Assembly: GCA_964016885.1 (NCBI GenBank) | Contig: OZ024758.1 | Span: forward strand, 31,620,001-31,684,000 | Direction: 5' to 3' | DNA: 64,000 nt | From: Eledone cirrhosa | Lineage: Eukaryota | Shown here: positions 28,558 to 41,165 of the stretch, piece after piece | Layout: each line of letters begins with the position of its first letter | Position numbering within the stretch: position 1 is the stretch's first letter | Program-made: the position numbers and the translations under genes | The notes under the pieces: model-generated | Told to the model about the DNA's origin: nothing | The model's input: only the letters and a program-made list of their open reading frames with translations | Databases searched by the model: none

Positions 28558-31500
28558 GCCAGAGTCCTCGTAGGAAAAAGTCGGTGCTACAAATTTTTCT
28601 GGGTGGGAAATGACAATGGGATGGGTGGTGTAGGTATACTACTAGCTGACAAGTGGGTAGATAAAGTAATCTCAGTGTACAGGGTAAATGCAAGAATCAT
28701 TAAACTCAGACTAGTCCTGAATAAAACAATCACCACAATAATATCAGCTTACACACCCCAATCGAACTTAAGGATAGGTTTTACGAGACCCTAATGCACA
28801 CTACTGCTCTAACAGACGACAATGACTTCCTAATCATCGCAGGAGATTTTAACGGACACGTAGGTAAACACTGTGACGGCTTCTATAGAGTCCATGGAGG
28901 CCATGGGGTTGGCACAAGGAATGAGGAAGGATTCAGACTTCTAGAATTCTGCAACGCCAATGACATGTCGATATGTAACACAAACTTTAAAAAACCCAAC
29001 AACCACCTGATCACCTATAGATCAGGGGAACACTCTAGTCAGTTAGATTTTATCCTCATCAGAGGACGTGACAGATGGACGGTCGTAAACACAAAAGCCT
29101 TCCCTAGTGAGGAATGTACATCCCAACATAGCTTAGTTGTCAGCGACCTCACGGTCAGAACTAGACGAAGCCGGAAACAGAGGCCAACCTGGAGAAGAAA
29201 GATCTGGAAGCTGAAAGTCCCCTCAACCAGTAAAAGATTTAAAGATATTTTACTCAACGCCTACGACAGTAAAGAAGAACAGATAGAGACATTTAATGTA
29301 GAAGAGAACTGGGAGTTCCTAAAAAATAATTTACTAGAGGCGACGGATGAGGTCTGTGGTTGGAGTAAGACCTCAAGCAGGAGGAGAGTGACTTGGTGGT
29401 GGAACAATAAGGTAGATGGAGCAGTTAAGGCCAAGAGACAGGCATGGAAAGAATGGAAGAACAGGGGGAGCAGGGTACTTTACATAGAGACCAAGAGGGA
29501 AGCTAGGCGACAAGTATACTTAGCTAGGAGGGAAGCAGAGGATAGAAAATTCAAGCATGTTTTACAACGTGAGGACCAGAAACAGGAGGTATTCAAGATT
29601 GCGAGGCAGTGTGTCAGAGATAGTTGTGATGTCATTGGAGAGAAGTGTATCCGGAATGATAAAGGTGAGCTTGCCCTCACAAGTGCTGAGAAGAAAGATG
29701 CATGGAAGAGTCATTATGATAGATTACTAAATGAGGAGAATGCATAGGAAGAAGAGACCCTACCCTAAGTAGACCCTATAGAGGGACCAGCAGTACAAGT
29801 CAGCAGCAGCGTAGTAAGTAAGGCAATCAAAGATATGAAGATGGGGAAGGCAACCAGTCCATTGGGTATAGCTGCCGAGATGCTGAAGGCATCTGGGTCT
29901 GTAGGTCACACTATAACCACACGTATCGTTAACCAGGTAATACTAGAAGGTGCCATACCAAAAGATTGCTACAACCAACTGCCATACCAACTGCTACAAA
30001 GGTAAAGGCGATACACTAGATAGAGGAAACTATAGAGGTATAAAGTTGATGGACCAGGTCATGAAAGTAACAGAAAGAGTTATAGCACAGCTGATTAGGG
30101 ACCGGGTGAAAATAGACGAGATGCAATTTGGGTTTGTACCAGGAAGAGGCACCACTGATGCCCTCTTCTTTGTGAGGCAATTACAGGAAAAGTACCTAGC
30201 TAAAAGTAAGCCACTCTACTTGGCATTTGTCAACCTTGAGAAAGCCTTTGACAGAGTTCCACGTGCTGTAATCTGGTGGGCTCTTAGAAAACTAGGAGTA
30301 GATGAATGGCTTGTGAAAGCGGTACAAGCCATGTATAGGGGAGCAGTCAGCAAAGTTAGGATTAGCAATGAGTATAGCGAGGAATTTAGCGTACAGGTTG
30401 GGGTCCACCAGGGCTCTGTTCTTAGCCCTCTCCTGTTCATCATAGTCCTGCAGGCAATAACGGAGGAGTTTAAGACCGGATGCCCATGGGAACTTCTGTA
30501 TGCTGATGACCTCGCACTCATAGCTGAATTTATGGTAGAACTAGAGAATAAATTCCAAACTTGGAAGCAGGGACTAGAAAGAAAGGGTCTCAAAGTCAAC
30601 ATGACAAAGACTAAGGTCCTTGTAAGTAGACGAGAAAACAGAACCCAGATCCCCTCAGGGAAATGGCCTTGCTCGGTATGTAGGAAAGGTGTAGGTAGGA
30701 ACTCCATTCTCTGCCCCAAATGCAAACAATGGGTACACAAGAGATGTAGCGGGATCTCAGGAAGCTTAATTAAGAATGTAGGCTTCACATGCAGTAGCTG
30801 TGCTGAGACAGCAAGTAGCAAACAGCCACAGGAAACAAGTACCACCAATCTCTGGGAGGGCTCTGTAGAAACAGTAGACAGCTTCTGCTACCTAGGTGAC
30901 CGAATTAGCAGTGGAGGTGGGTGTTCAGAAAGTACAATAACTAGGGTAAGAACGGGATGGAAGAAGTTTAGGGAACTACTACCACTGCTAGCTGCAAAAG
31001 GCTTCTCCCTCAGAATGAAAGGCAGACTGTATGATGCGTGTATCCGAACAGCAATGTTGCATGGTAGTGAGACCTGGGCGCTGAAGGTGGAAGACTTACG
31101 TAGATTAGAGAGAAACGAAGCCTGCATGCTCCGATGCATGTGTAACAGTAATATACGTGAACGACAAAGCATAAATGAATTGAGAGAGAGACTGAGCATA
31201 AGAGGAATCAAATGCTGTGTGCAGGAGAGGCAGTTGCGCTGGTATGGACATGTGATGCGTATGAAGGATGACAGCTGCATAAAAAGGTGCAGAGCACTAG
31301 AAGTTGATGGAAACCGCGGAGTGGGGAGACCCAAGATGACCTGGGATGATGTGATAAAAGCCGACCTTACCCAATTACACCTCTCAAAGGCAATGACACA
31401 CGACCGTGACTTCTGGCGTCACGCAGTAATACAGAGTACCCGACCTCCCATGGGTACAAGCTGAAGCATATAGACAATATGCCCCCACACCCCCCACCGC

Positions 31501-31760
31501 AAGGTGGTCGTGGAGGTGCCACGGCAAAAAAGCACCCAGCCCACACTGTAGAGTGGACGTGTAGGCGCCATGAAAAAGCACCCAGCACTCACTGTAAATG
31601 AGGTTGGTGTTAGGAAGGGCATCCAGCTGTAGAAATCAAGCCAGATCAGTTCCTGTATGAGCAAGGCATGGTCAGCCGACCAGACACTGCCCACAACAGG
31701 ACAACCCGTCTAACCCATGCTAGCGTGGAAGAACGGATGTAAAAGGGTGATGATGATGAT
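28558..31760 (+). mobile_element. RTE LINE family B, near full length, disrupted (EN in ORFs 28603-28794 and 28794-29747; RT 29950-31464)
   Basis: APE motifs AGDFNGHVG, QLDFIL, TSQH; RT YADD; PHD; frameshifts and stops near 28770, 29745 and 29970; (GAT)n tail. Confidence 0.95.
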
Positions 31761-31764
31761 ATAT

Positions 31765-31810
<46 letters not shown>

Positions 31811-31812
31811 AT

Positions 31813-33827
31813 AGAATGCATGGGAAGAAGAGACCCTACCCCACGTAGACCCTATAGAGGGACCAGCAGTACAAGTCAGCGGCAGCGTAGTAAGTAAGGC
31901 AATCAGAGATATGAAGATAGGGAAGGCAACCGGTCCATCGGGTATAGCTGCCGAGATGCTGAAGGCATCTGGGTCTGTAGGTCACACTATAACCACACGT
32001 ATCGTTAACCAGGTAATACTAGAGGGGGCCATACCAAAAGATTGGTGCAGTAGCATCATTGTCAACTGCTACAAAGGTAAAGGCGATGCACTAGATAGAG
32101 GAAACTATAGAGGTATAAAGTTGATGGACCAGGTCATGAAAGTAACAGAAAGAGTTATAGCACAGCTGATTAGGGACCGGGTGAATATAGACGAGATGCA
32201 ATTTGGGTTTGTTCCAGGGAAAGGCACCACTGATGCGCTCTTCCTTGTGAGGCAATTACAGGAAAAGTACCTAGCTAAAAGTAAGCCACTCTACTTGGCA
32301 TTTGTCGACCTTGAGAAAGCCTTTGACAGAGTTCCACGTGCAGTAATCTGGTGGGCTCTTAGAAAACTAGGAGTAGATGAATGGCTTGTGAAAGCGGTAC
32401 AAGCCATGTATAGGGGAGCAGTCAGCAAAGTTAGGATTGGCAATGAGTATAGCGAGGAATTTAGCGTACAGGTTGGGGTCCACCAGGGCTCTGTTCTTAG
32501 CCCTCTCCTGTTCATCATAGTCCTGCAGGCAATAACGGAGGAGTTTAAGACCGGATGCCCATGGGAACTCCTGTATGCTGATGACCTCGCACTCATAGCT
32601 GAATCTATGGTAGAACTAGAGAATAAATTCCAAACCTGGAAGCAGGGACTAGAGAGAAAGGGCCTCAAAGTCAACATGACAAAGACTAAGGTCCTTATAA
32701 GTAGACGAGAAAACAGAACCCAGATCCCCTCAGGGAAATGGCCTTGCTCAGTATGTAGGAAAGGTGTAGGTAGGAACTCCATTCTTTGCCCCAAATGCAA
32801 ACAATGGGTACACAAGAGATGTAGCGGGATCTCAGGAAGCTTAATTAAGAATGTAGGATTCACATGCAGCAGCTGTGCTGAAACAGCAAGCAAACAGCCA
32901 CAGGAAACAAGTACCACCAATCTCTGGGAGGGCCCTGTAGAAACAGTAGACAGCTTCTGCTACCTAGGTGACCGAATTAGCAACGGAGGTGGGTGCTCAG
33001 AAAGTACAATAACTAGGGTAAGAACGGGATGGAAGAAGTTTAGGGAACTACTACCACTGCTAGCTGCAAAAGGCTTCTCCCTCAGAATGAAAGGCAGACT
33101 GTATGATGCGTGTATCCGAACAGCGATGTTGCATGGTAGTGAGACCTGGGCGCTGAAGGTGGAAGACTTACGTAGATTAGAGAGAAACGAAGCCTGCATG
33201 CTCCGATGGATGTGTAACAGTAATATACGTGAACGACAAAGCATAAATGAATTGAGAGAGAGACTGAGCATAAGAGGAATCAAATGCTGCGTGCAGGAGA
33301 GGCGGTTACGCTGGTATGGACATGTGATGCGTATGAAGGATGACAGCTGCATAAAAAGGTGCAGAGCACTAGAAGTTGATGGAAACCGCGGAGTGGGGAG
33401 ACCCAAGATGACTTGGGATGAGGTGATAAAAGCCGACCTTACCCAACTACACCTCTCAAAGTCAATGACACACGACCGTGACTTCTGGCGTCACGCAGTA
33501 ATACAGGGTACCCGACCTCCCATGGGTACATGCTGAAGCATATAAACAATATGCCCCCCCCCCCCCCCACCGCAAGGTGGTCGTGGAGGTGCCACGGCAA
33601 AAAAGCACCCAGCCCACACTGTAAAGTGGACGTGTAGGCGCCACGAAAAAGCACCCAGCACTCACTGTAAATGAGGTTGGTGTTAGGAAGGGCATCCAGC
33701 TGTAGAAATCAAGCCAGATCAGTTCCTGTATGAGCAAGGCATGGTCAGCCGACCAGACACTGCCCACAACAGGACAACCCGTCTAACCCATGCTAGCGTG
33801 GAAGAACGGACGTAAAACGGTGATGAT
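31813..33827 (+). mobile_element. RTE LINE family B, 5'-truncated, uninterrupted RT ORF 31911-33536
   Basis: 541-aa ORF with all RT motifs and the PHD; TA runs on both sides. Confidence 0.95.
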
Positions 33828-33835
33828 ATATATAT

Positions 33836-33888
<53 letters not shown>

Positions 33889-34171
33889 ATATATATATAT
33901 ATAATATATATATATATATAATATATATATATATATATAATATATATATATACATATATACGATATTAAACAAATGTTATAGTTTCCATTTGTTTAATAT
34001 CGTATATCTACTCCAAAACTTGTCGAGTGCTTTATATCAGTTATAAAATATTTACTTGTTGTAACCCAACAATTTTAAATAAAACTTTTGCATATATATA
34101 TATATATATATATATTTCGTTTCTGAATTTGTTTAGCAAGATTCTTTATCTGAAATCGTGTGTTGAAACCG

Positions 34172-34619
34172 ATATTGTTATACTTTGGGAGGGTCATGTT
34201 GCCAATAAGAAACACACGCACCAGTTGCTTTCACTTCAATTTATTATAATAAATTTATAAATTTCTGGTTGGTTGGTTGGTTCCACAACCAGATAGTTGT
34301 TTATATATTGTCATAGTTCTTTCGTCACACACTCTGTGACCTCTTCAGTGACTGGGGATTCCTTTCTTTGTTTCTGTGCCTCTCCTTTTTCAAAAATGGC
34401 GTAGGACAGAACAAAGGAGAGGCACAGAAACAAAGAAAGGAATCCCCAGTCACTGAAGAGGTCACAGAGTGTGACGAAAGAACTATGACAATATATAAAC
34501 AACTATCTGGTTGTGGAACCAACCAACCAACCAGAAATTTATAAATTTATAATAATAAATTGAAGTGAAAGCAACTGGTACGTGTGTTTCTTATTGGCAA
34601 CATGACCCTCCCAAAGTAT

Positions 34620-34627
<8 letters not shown>
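34172..34627. repeat. Inverted repeat with ~216-bp arms (34172-34388 / 34413-34627); possible Penelope-like element terminus
   Basis: Arms are near-perfect reverse complements around a 24-nt spacer; each arm holds a hammerhead-like motif. Confidence 0.85.
34449..34489 (+). ncRNA. Candidate minimal type-I hammerhead ribozyme (second copy on the - strand at 34310-34352)
   Basis: GTCA-CTGAAGA-G-GTCACA-GAG-TGTGAC-GAAA-GAAC-TA-TGAC: stem I GTCA/TGAC, core CUGANGA and GAAA, 6-bp stem II, minimal stem III, UA cleavage site. Confidence 0.5.
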
Positions 34628-34659
<32 letters not shown>

Positions 34660-34667
34660 ATACTTTG

Positions 34668-37410
34668 AGAAAGAAAGACTGCTTTTATGAGCAACTTTTG
34701 CAAACAACCACAATGACAGAGGACGGAGACATCGTTATGCTAGCAGGAGACTTCAATGGTCATGTTGGACAGCTCCAGGATGGTTACACTGGGGTACATG
34801 GTGGGCACGGTTACGGTTCAAGAAATGAAGAAGGAGTGAGACTTCTTGAATTTTGTGATGCGAGTACGTTGACTATTTGCAACACAAACTTCCAGAAACC
34901 TGCCAATCACCTAATAACCTACAAATCTGGTGAGCACATAAGCCAGATTGACTTCCTGCTAGTTAGGCAGCGGGACAGGCAGATAGTGTCTAATACCAAG
35001 GCATACTCTGGGGAAGAATGTACCCCACAGCATAGGTTAGTTGTTAGAGATATCTCAGTAAGCAAGAGATGGAATGAGACATATAGGAAGGTGTGGAGAA
35101 GAAAGGTCTGGAAGCTAAAAGACCTTTCACTAAAATACAAATTTAGGAAAGCCCTTCAAGATGTATATGACGAAAAAGAAGACGATTTAGAGACGTATGA
35201 CATAGATAATAACTGGAAGTTCTTACGTGACAACTTGCTGCAGGCTACTGATGAAACCTGTGGCTGGAGCAGAGCTCCAACCAGACAGAGAGTGACCTGG
35301 TGGTGGAACAGCACAGTAGATAAGGCTATTAGAGACAAAAGACTAGAATGGAAGGCTTGGAAAAAAGGGTGGGAGTAGGGAAGAATATACAGCCACTAAG
35401 AGAGAAGCTAGACTTCAGGTGTACTTAGCACGCAGGGAGGCAGAGAGTAGGAGGTTTGCCAATGTTCTGCGACGGGAAGATCAGAGGCGTGCGGTGTTCC
35501 ACATTGCAAGGCAGTGTATCAATGCAAATCAGGATGTTGTTGGAGATAAATGTGTCCGGGATGATGCCGGTGTACTTAGCGTCACGAATAACCAGAAAAA
35601 GGAGGCCTGGAAATGTCATTATGAGAGACTGATGAATGTGGAGAACGAATGGGAGAGAGAGAAATTACCCTTGGTAGATCCGACAGAGGGACCAGCTATT
35701 GAGATTGACGAATATAGGGTCCAAGAGGCGATTAGGGAAATGAAAAATGGTAAGGCGGCCGGACCATCGGGAATAGTTGCTGAGATGCTGAAGGCATCAG
35801 GGGACGTAGGCACTAAACTGGTTGCACGCATCATCAATCAGGCTATATATGGTGGTGTCATACCCAAAGACTGGTGCAGCAATATTCTCATAAATTGCTA
35901 CAAAGGTAAAGGGGATGCTTTGGAGAGGAGCAATTATAGGGGTATAAAACTGATAGATCAGGTTATGAAAGTGGCAGAAAGGATTTTAGCACAACTAATT
36001 AGAGAAAGGGTCAAACTAGATGAGATGCAGTTTGGTTTTGTGCCTGGGAAGAGTACAACAGATGCCCTCTTCTTGGTGAGACAAATGCAAGAGAGGTTCT
36101 TAGAGAAGAATAAGCCACTATACTTAGCCTTTGTTGACCTAGAGAAGGCCTTTGATAGGGTACCCCGATCTGTCATCTGGTGGTCCCTAAGGAAGCTAGG
36201 TGTTGAGGAATGGCTTGTGAGGACAGTGCAAACTTTGTACAGAGGTACTCTCAGTAAAGTCAGGGTAGGAATGGAGTTTAGTGAGGAATTCCAGATACAA
36301 GTAGGAGTACATCAGGGTTCGGTCCTCAGCCCGCTCTTGTTCATTATAGTCCTCCAAGCCATAACAGAGGAGTTTAAGACTGGCTGTCCATGTGAACTTC
36401 TCTATGCTGACGATCTGGCTCTTATAGCAGAATCAGTAGAGGAGCTAGAGAATAAATTCCGGCTATGGAAACAGCAGTTGGAAGCAAGAGGACTGAGAGT
36501 AAATCTAGCTAAGACAAAAGTGTTGATGAGTAGAAAAGAGGACAAAACCCTGATTCCGTCAGGGAAATGGCCATGTTCGATATGCAGAAAAGGAACTGGC
36601 ATAAATTCTATAAAATGCACACAATGCAGGTCCTGGGTACACAAGAGATGTAGCGGGATAGCAGGCAAACTAACAGGTAGGGAGAAATATGTATGCAGTA
36701 GATGTACAGGGAAATTAGACAGTAGAAGTCGCACTGATAGACACATTTTTCAAATGCAAGAGGGCGCTATAGAAGTGGTGGATAGCTTCCGGTACCTAGG
36801 AGATCAGATTAGCATGGGAGGAGGGTGTTCCGAGGCCATAGTATCTAGAATAAGGACGGGTTGGAAGAAGTTTAGGGAGCTGCTTCCTCTGTTGACGAAG
36901 AAGGGTATCTCCCTGCGTACGAAAGGCCGGTTGTATGATGCCTGTGTGAGGAGCGCGATGCTGCATGGTAGTGAGACATGGGCAGCAACCGCAGAGGATA
37001 TGCGACGGCTGGAGAGAAATGAGGCAAGCATGCTCCGTTGGATGTGCAGTGTAAATGTGCGTGAACGACCCAGCATAAATGTGTTGAGAGAGAAACTGTG
37101 TCTGAGAGGGATAGAATGTAGTGTACGGGAGAGGAGACTGAGGTGGTATGGACATGTGATGCGCATGGAGGATGACCGATGGGTGAAGAAGTGCCAGGAA
37201 ATGCCAGTTGAAGGAAGACGTGGTAGAGGTAGACCACAAAAAACATGGGCGGAGGTGGTGAGAACAGACCTCAGATCATTGAAGCTCACGGTGGAGATGA
37301 CGAGGGACCGTGACGAGTGGAGAGATGCTGTGCTGAATAAGACCCGTCCCACCCTTGCAAGCAGGGAAAAGCGGACGTAAAATGATGATGATGATGATGA
37401 TGATGATGAT
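34668..37410 (+). mobile_element. RTE LINE family C, 5'-truncated, one frameshift near 35365 (EN in ORF to 35378; RT 35419-37380)
   Basis: Almost identical in protein to the 1022-aa ORF; stop codon runs straight into the (TGA)n tail, then (TA)n. Confidence 0.96.
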
Positions 37411-37435
37411 ATATATATATATATATATATATAAT

Positions 37436-37556
37436 GGAGGCACATGGCTTAGTGGTTAGAGCATTGGCCTTGCAATCGAAGGGTTGTGAGTTCAATTCTC
37501 AGACCGGGTGATGTGTTGTTTCCTTGAGCAAGACACTTTATTTCACATTGCTCCAG
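37436..37556 (+). mobile_element. 5' part of a tRNA-derived SINE fused to an RTE family A fragment
   Basis: A-box TGGCTTAGTGG, B-box GAGTTCAATTC, CORE-like TCCTTGAGCAAGACACTT; breaks off at CTCCAG. Confidence 0.85.
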
Positions 37557-38764
37557 GAAAATAGGGCACTGGTCCCATCTGGGAAATGGCCATGCTCAGT
37601 GTGTAGGAAAGGAATAGGCAGAAACTCCTTTGTTATGTCCCAAATGCAAAGTATGGGTACACAAAAGATGTAGTGGGATCACAGGTAAGCTAACTAAGAA
37701 TATAGATTTTATATGTGGCCGGTGCTCTGGTGCAATAAGTAGCAGCAACTGCCCACAGAATACTAACTCATTCCATTGCACAGATGGTTCTATAGAAATA
37801 GTGGACTGCTTCCGTTACCTGGGTGACAAAATCAGCAGTGGGGGAGGGTGCTCTGAAAGTACAGTAGCTAGAGTCAGAACGGGATGGAAAAAGTTCAGAG
37901 AGCTTATACCACTATTGGCCGCTAAAGGGTTCTCTCTAAAAATGAAAGGCAGGCTGAATGATGCCTGCATACGAACAGCAATGTTACATGGCAGTGAGAC
38001 CTGGGCATTGTGTGCAGAGGATATACGCAGACTGGAGAGAAACGAAGCTTGCATGCTCCGCTGGATGTGTAATAGTAATATACGTGAACGGCAAAGCATA
38101 AACAAACTAAGGGAGAAATTAGAAATAAGAGGGATCAGATGTTGTTTACTCGAGAGAAGACTACGTTGGTATGGTCACGTGATGCGCATGAAAGACGACA
38201 GCTGTATAAAAAAGTGTAGGGCAATAAAAATAGACGGTAGTCACGGAGTAGGCAGACCCAGAAAAACCTGGGATGACTTGATAAATTCCGACCTCACACA
38301 CTTACACCTCTCCAAGACAATGTCACTGGACCGAGATCTTTGGCGCTACACAGTAATAGAGAAGACCCGCCTTACCTAAGTGCAAAGTGAAACCTACTAC
38401 AGTCAGTAGGCATCTCTAACAAGATACACCCCCGTCCCACTACCCCCACCCCATCCACACCACCCCTCTCAATGTAAAGTTATGTTGGTACCACAACATC
38501 CAGGCCGAAACAAACGAGGTCGTGTAGATGTCACAACAAAAAAACACACAGTCCACGCTGAAATGTGGCCGTGTAGGTAACACGGTAAAAACCTCCCAGT
38601 TCCACACTGTAAATGTGGTTGGTGTTAGGAAGGGCATCCAGCCGTAGAAAACCCGCCAGACAGTCCTATGTGAGCAAGACAACCACTCTTGCCTCAAGTG
38701 GGAAAACTCCCGTCCAAACCCATGCGAGCGTGGAATATGGATGTTAAACGATGATGATGATGAT
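37555..38764 (+). mobile_element. RTE LINE family A, 3' 1.2 kb (ORF 37630-38379)
   Basis: PHD and C-terminal region ending KTRLT; 3' UTR; (GAT)n tail, then TA. Confidence 0.95.
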
Positions 38765-38768
38765 ATAT

Positions 38769-39091
38769 ATATATTAGTAAAAGGAAAAGAAAATGCTGAC
38801 AAATTGTTCCCAGTGAAAAATAGTTTAATTAGGAATAAGTATAAATTAGTAATAAGTATTGGTTAGTATTCAGTTTTAGTTTTAAGTTTTTACCGGTTGC
38901 GCATTTCTAATGCTTTTCAAAAATAATTTTGAGATAGAGCGCCCGTGATGTTTGCTCTAATCTCATATATATATATATATATAAAACTGAATACTAACCA
39001 ATACTTATTACTAATTTTTACTTATTCCTAATTAAACTATTTTTCACTGGGAACAATTTGTCAGCATTTTCTTTTCCTTTTACTAATATAT
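38769..39091. repeat. Inverted repeat with ~110-bp arms (38769-38878 / 38982-39091)
   Basis: ATTAGTAAAAGGAAAAG...CAGTTTTA and its reverse complement; TA runs at the edges. Confidence 0.85.
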
Positions 39092-39116
39092 CACAACTCG
39101 TGTGTTACACCTCTAT

Positions 39117-39161
<45 letters not shown>

Positions 39162-39167
39162 TATATA

Positions 39168-41141
39168 ATGCGGGTGACCACGGTGGGACACACCATGGTC
39201 ACCCGCATAGTTAACCAAGTCGTACAGAACGGGGTTGTTCCGAAGGACTGGCATAGCAGCATCATCGTTAACTGTTATAAGGGTAAAGGAGACGCCCTAG
39301 ATAGGAGTAACTATAGAGGCATTAAATTAATCGACCAGGTCATGAAGGTCACGGAAAGAGTAATAGCGCAACTAATCAGAGAGAGAATTGACCTAGATGA
39401 AATGCAGTTCGGGTTTGTGTCAGGCAAAAGTACCACAGACGCTCTTTTCATAGTACGACAACTACAGGAGAAGTACCTAGCTAAAGGTAAACCCCTCTAC
39501 TTAGCTTTTGTCGACTTGGAGAAAGCCTTCGACAGAGTCCCCCGCTCCATTATCTGGTGGGCTCTTAGAAAACTAGGCGTTGACGAATGGCTTGTGAGGG
39601 CTATACAAGCCATGTATAAAGAAACAGTCAGCAAGGTTAGAATTAACAACGAATATAGTGAAGAGTTTAGCGTAAAAGTCGGCGTCCATCAGGGCTCTGT
39701 TCTCAGTCCACTACTATTTATTATTGCCCTTCAGGCTATAACAGAGGAGTTCAAGACAGGCTGCCCATGGGAACTCCTATACGCAGACGACCTGACACTC
39801 ATAGCGGAATCAATGGCCGAGCTAGAGAAGAAATTCCAAACATGGAAGCACGGCCTAGAGTCAAAAGGACTTAAAATTAACCTGGCTAAGACCAAAGTAC
39901 TAGTTTGTAGGAAAGAAAACAAGGCGGCGGTCCCTTCGGGGAAATGGTCGTGCTCGGTGTGTAGGAAAGGCGTAGGTAGAAACTCCATTTTATGTCCTAA
40001 ATGCAAAGTATGGGTGCATAAAAGATGTAGTGGGATCACAGGTAAGCTAACTAAGAACATAGATTTTACATGTGGCCGGTGCTCTGGTGCAATAAGTAGC
40101 AGCAAGTGCCCACAAACTACTAGCTCTTTCAATTGCGCAGAGGGTTCTATAGAAATAGTGGACAGCTTCCGTTACCTGGGCGATAAAATCAGCAGTGGGG
40201 GAGGGTGCTCTGAAAGTACTGTAGCTAGAGTCAGAACTGGTTGGAAAAAGTTCAGAGAGCTTATACCACTATTAGCTGCTAAAGGGTTCTCACTAAAAAT
40301 GAAAGGCAGGTTGTACGATGCCTGCATACGAACAGCAATGCTGCATGGCAGTGAGACCTGGGCATTGTGTGCAGAGGATATACGCAGACTAGAGAGGAAC
40401 GAAGCTTGCATGCTCCGCTGGATGTGTAACAGTAATATACGTGAACGGCAAAGCATAAACGAACTAAGGAATAAATTAGAGATAAGAGGGATCAGATGTT
40501 GTTTACTCGAGAGAAGGCTACGTTGGTATGGACACGTGATGCGCATGAAAGTCGATAGCTGTATAACAAAGTGCAGGGCAATAAAGATAGACGGTAGTCA
40601 CGGAATAGGCAGACCTAGAAAAACCTGGGACGAGCTGATAAACTCCGACATCACACACTTACACCTCTCCAAGACAATGTCACTGGACCGAGACCTTTGG
40701 CGGTACTCAGTAACAGAGAAGACCCGCCTTACCTAAATATATAGTAAAACCTACTCCAGCCAGTAGGCATCTCTAACAAAATACACCCCGTCCCACCACC
40801 CCCACCCCCACCCGATCCACACCACCCCGTTCTATGTAAAGTTATGTTGGTGCCGCGCCATCGAGGCCGAAACAAATGAGATCGTGTAGGTGTCACGACA
40901 AAAAAACACACAGTCCACGCTGTAATGTGGCCGTGTAGGCAACACGGTAAAAACCTCCCAGACCCACACTGTAAATGTGGTTGGTGTTAGGAAGGGCATC
41001 CAACTGTAGAAAACCTGCCAGACAGTCCTATGCGAGCAAGACAATCACTCTTGCCTCAAGTGGGACTACCCCCGTCCAAACCCATGCAAGCGTGGAACAC
41101 GGACGTTAAACGTTGATGATGATGATGATGATGATGATGAT
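39168..41141 (+). mobile_element. RTE LINE family A, 5'-truncated, uninterrupted RT ORF to 40736
   Basis: 522-aa ORF with RT motifs and PHD; 13-nt fold-back at the 5' junction; (GAT)n tail. Confidence 0.96.
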
Positions 41142-41165
41142 ATATAAAATATATATATATATAAT

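Noticed and set aside
37436-37510. tRNA gene (also 44834 and 46584)
   Set aside because: A/B boxes present but no clean acceptor stem, and the sequence continues into a SINE body; SINE heads.
37165-37556. Segmental duplication of C tail + SINE with 44559-44953
   Set aside because: The SINE head at 37436 is closer to the 46584 copy than to the 44834 copy, and the shared CGA-to-CAA change is a CpG hotspot; not demonstrated.
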